A DNA stretch of 64,000 nt from Basidiobolus meristosporus CBS 931.73 (lineage: Eukaryota > Fungi > Basidiobolomycota): NCBI GenBank assembly GCA_002104905.1, contig MCFE01000235.1, forward strand, positions 1 to 64,000, read 5' to 3'. The notes under the pieces were generated by a model. It saw nothing but the letters and a program-made list of their open reading frames with translations. It ran no database searches and was not told the DNA's origin. This document shows positions 62,490-64,000 of the stretch, in pieces. Both the position numbers and the translations under genes were made by a program. The number at the start of each line of letters is the position of its first letter. Position 1 is the first letter of the stretch.

Positions 62490-63480
62490 AGATGTATTAA
62501 GCCACAGCCCTGATCACACCTCAGCCTGGAATAAAACTCATGACAAAGCCTTTGAGTTGTCCTGCAGACTGCTTCCATAAACACCCACCTTATCCTATGC
62601 AGACTTTACTAGGACCTTTGTTGCAGCTACATATGCATCTAATGCTGTGTTAAGAGGAGTGCTCTTTCAGGATGAAGGCCAACTACTGTCTCACTGAATT
62701 ACTTTCTAAGCCAGATCCCTACAACCTGCTGAGAGAAGCTACTCAGCCACCAAGAAGGGGCTACTTGCCATAGTCTTTGCCTTAAGAGGTCTTATCAGTT
62801 GCAATGGGGTAACTCTTTATCTTGTACTTAGACTATTAAGCCCTTGTCTATATCTCCCCTCAAACAACTCTGATTCCAATGCTTATCAACTGGCTTGATA
62901 TTCTGCTAGATTATGAATCTACAAGTACTTATTGCCCAGGAATTCTTGACATCCTCCCTGACCACCTTTGAAGACTTCTTCCAACTTTTCCTTGGGAGTG
63001 ACACATTGTTACTGACATAATCAATAAGCTCACTGCAACCTCTAAAATAACTCTACAACTGAATTCAGTAACATGGAAAATCCCTCCTGCATATGATAGG
63101 AAAACAGTGTTACAGAGGAGCCACTTACTTCACCACTTTGAAGCTAGCAAACATTTGAAGAAGCTACATTATGATGGATATAATTGGCCAAATTTCAAAG
63201 CTGACTGCCTAGAGCATGTCAAGTCTTGCAGAGAATGTTACAATATAAGTCATAATGGATCTCACCCTTTGAGACCCATTCATGCAAACATTCCTGTGAA
63301 TCATGTTACAAAGGATATAGCTAGACTTTGCACCACTAGTGATGATGATAGTTGCTACCTCTTTGTAATTATGCATGTCTGCACACATTTTGTTTTCCTC
63401 AAAGCTATCCCAGACCCCTATGAAGAGTTATTATGATGATCTCATCACAAGGCTGTCACAGATTTTAAGTCCCCTGACTA
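62490..63480 (+). pseudogene. Decayed gypsy RT-end/RNase H/integrase
   Basis: WNKTHDKAF, YASNAVLRGVL and HFEAS…CLEHVKSCREC motifs. Confidence 0.65.
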
Positions 63481-64000
63481 AGCAGTGTCAATGCTATCAG
63501 GACACTGTGCAATGACTGTCAAAAAATAATAGCACCACAGATTTCACAAAAAACTTGGTCAACATATTTGATTACAACAATTAATAAGTAGCTTTAATTA
63601 ATTCTTTCCAAATTCTTTCACTTTTTGCACCAGATGCACAATTGCCTCCTACATTTGTTTATATTGATTGGCTATTGCCGCTTTTCACACTCCTTACCTC
63701 CTGACTCAGCTATTTCTCTTACTTTTTATGCAAGCCAATTGATTTATATCTATTGAAGCTTCAGTTGTAGCTCAGTTGCCAATTATAGTAAACTATGCAA
63801 GTCCCTATACCCTACACTAACACTAGGCCTAACCCCCTCCCTCAATAGGCAACTCCATTAGAGTCCATCACTCAATAAGTATCTCTGCTGCAATGCTGTG
63901 TATCAATGACTCTGGGGGAACCCAAGAGCATTATGTCACCATTTATTCACTGGTTCCCATACATCTTGGCCTTCAGCTGGCACTGCAAAGCCTAGTACCT

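Noticed and set aside
63500-64000. AT-rich tail with a possible copia protease remnant (…INDSGG…)
   Set aside because: Too short and too decayed to call

Overview
This is 64 kb of eukaryotic, transposon-only sequence (plausibly fungal heterochromatin; the species cannot be called). I found no host gene, RNA gene or CRISPR array. It is a deeply nested cluster of Ty1/copia LTR elements (families A and B, sharing a GGTTATGAGCCC primer-binding site), degenerate Ty3/gypsy elements, several solo LTRs, and three decayed copies of a CACTA/En-Spm transposon. It also holds a PHIS (PIF/Harbinger-superfamily, Pangu-like) DNA transposon family with ANT target duplications: one apparently intact two-gene 3.4-kb copy, two rearranged copies and five ~720-bp fold-back MITEs. 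Most junctions could be resolved to the base with target-site duplications (TSDs). The most unusual signal is a 1070-bp TG...CA element ('X') whose ends repeatedly abut 4-bp CpG-centred sites (CCGG, GCGG/CCGC, GCGC) in an otherwise CpG-poor region. Other notable signals are the PHIS partner gene with a conserved stop bracketed by a possible in-frame intron, a mosaic (probably gene-converted) LTR, and a copia-B insertion inside another element's PBS. All coordinates and comparisons were made by eye; family labels A, B, C, G, X, Y and Z are my own.
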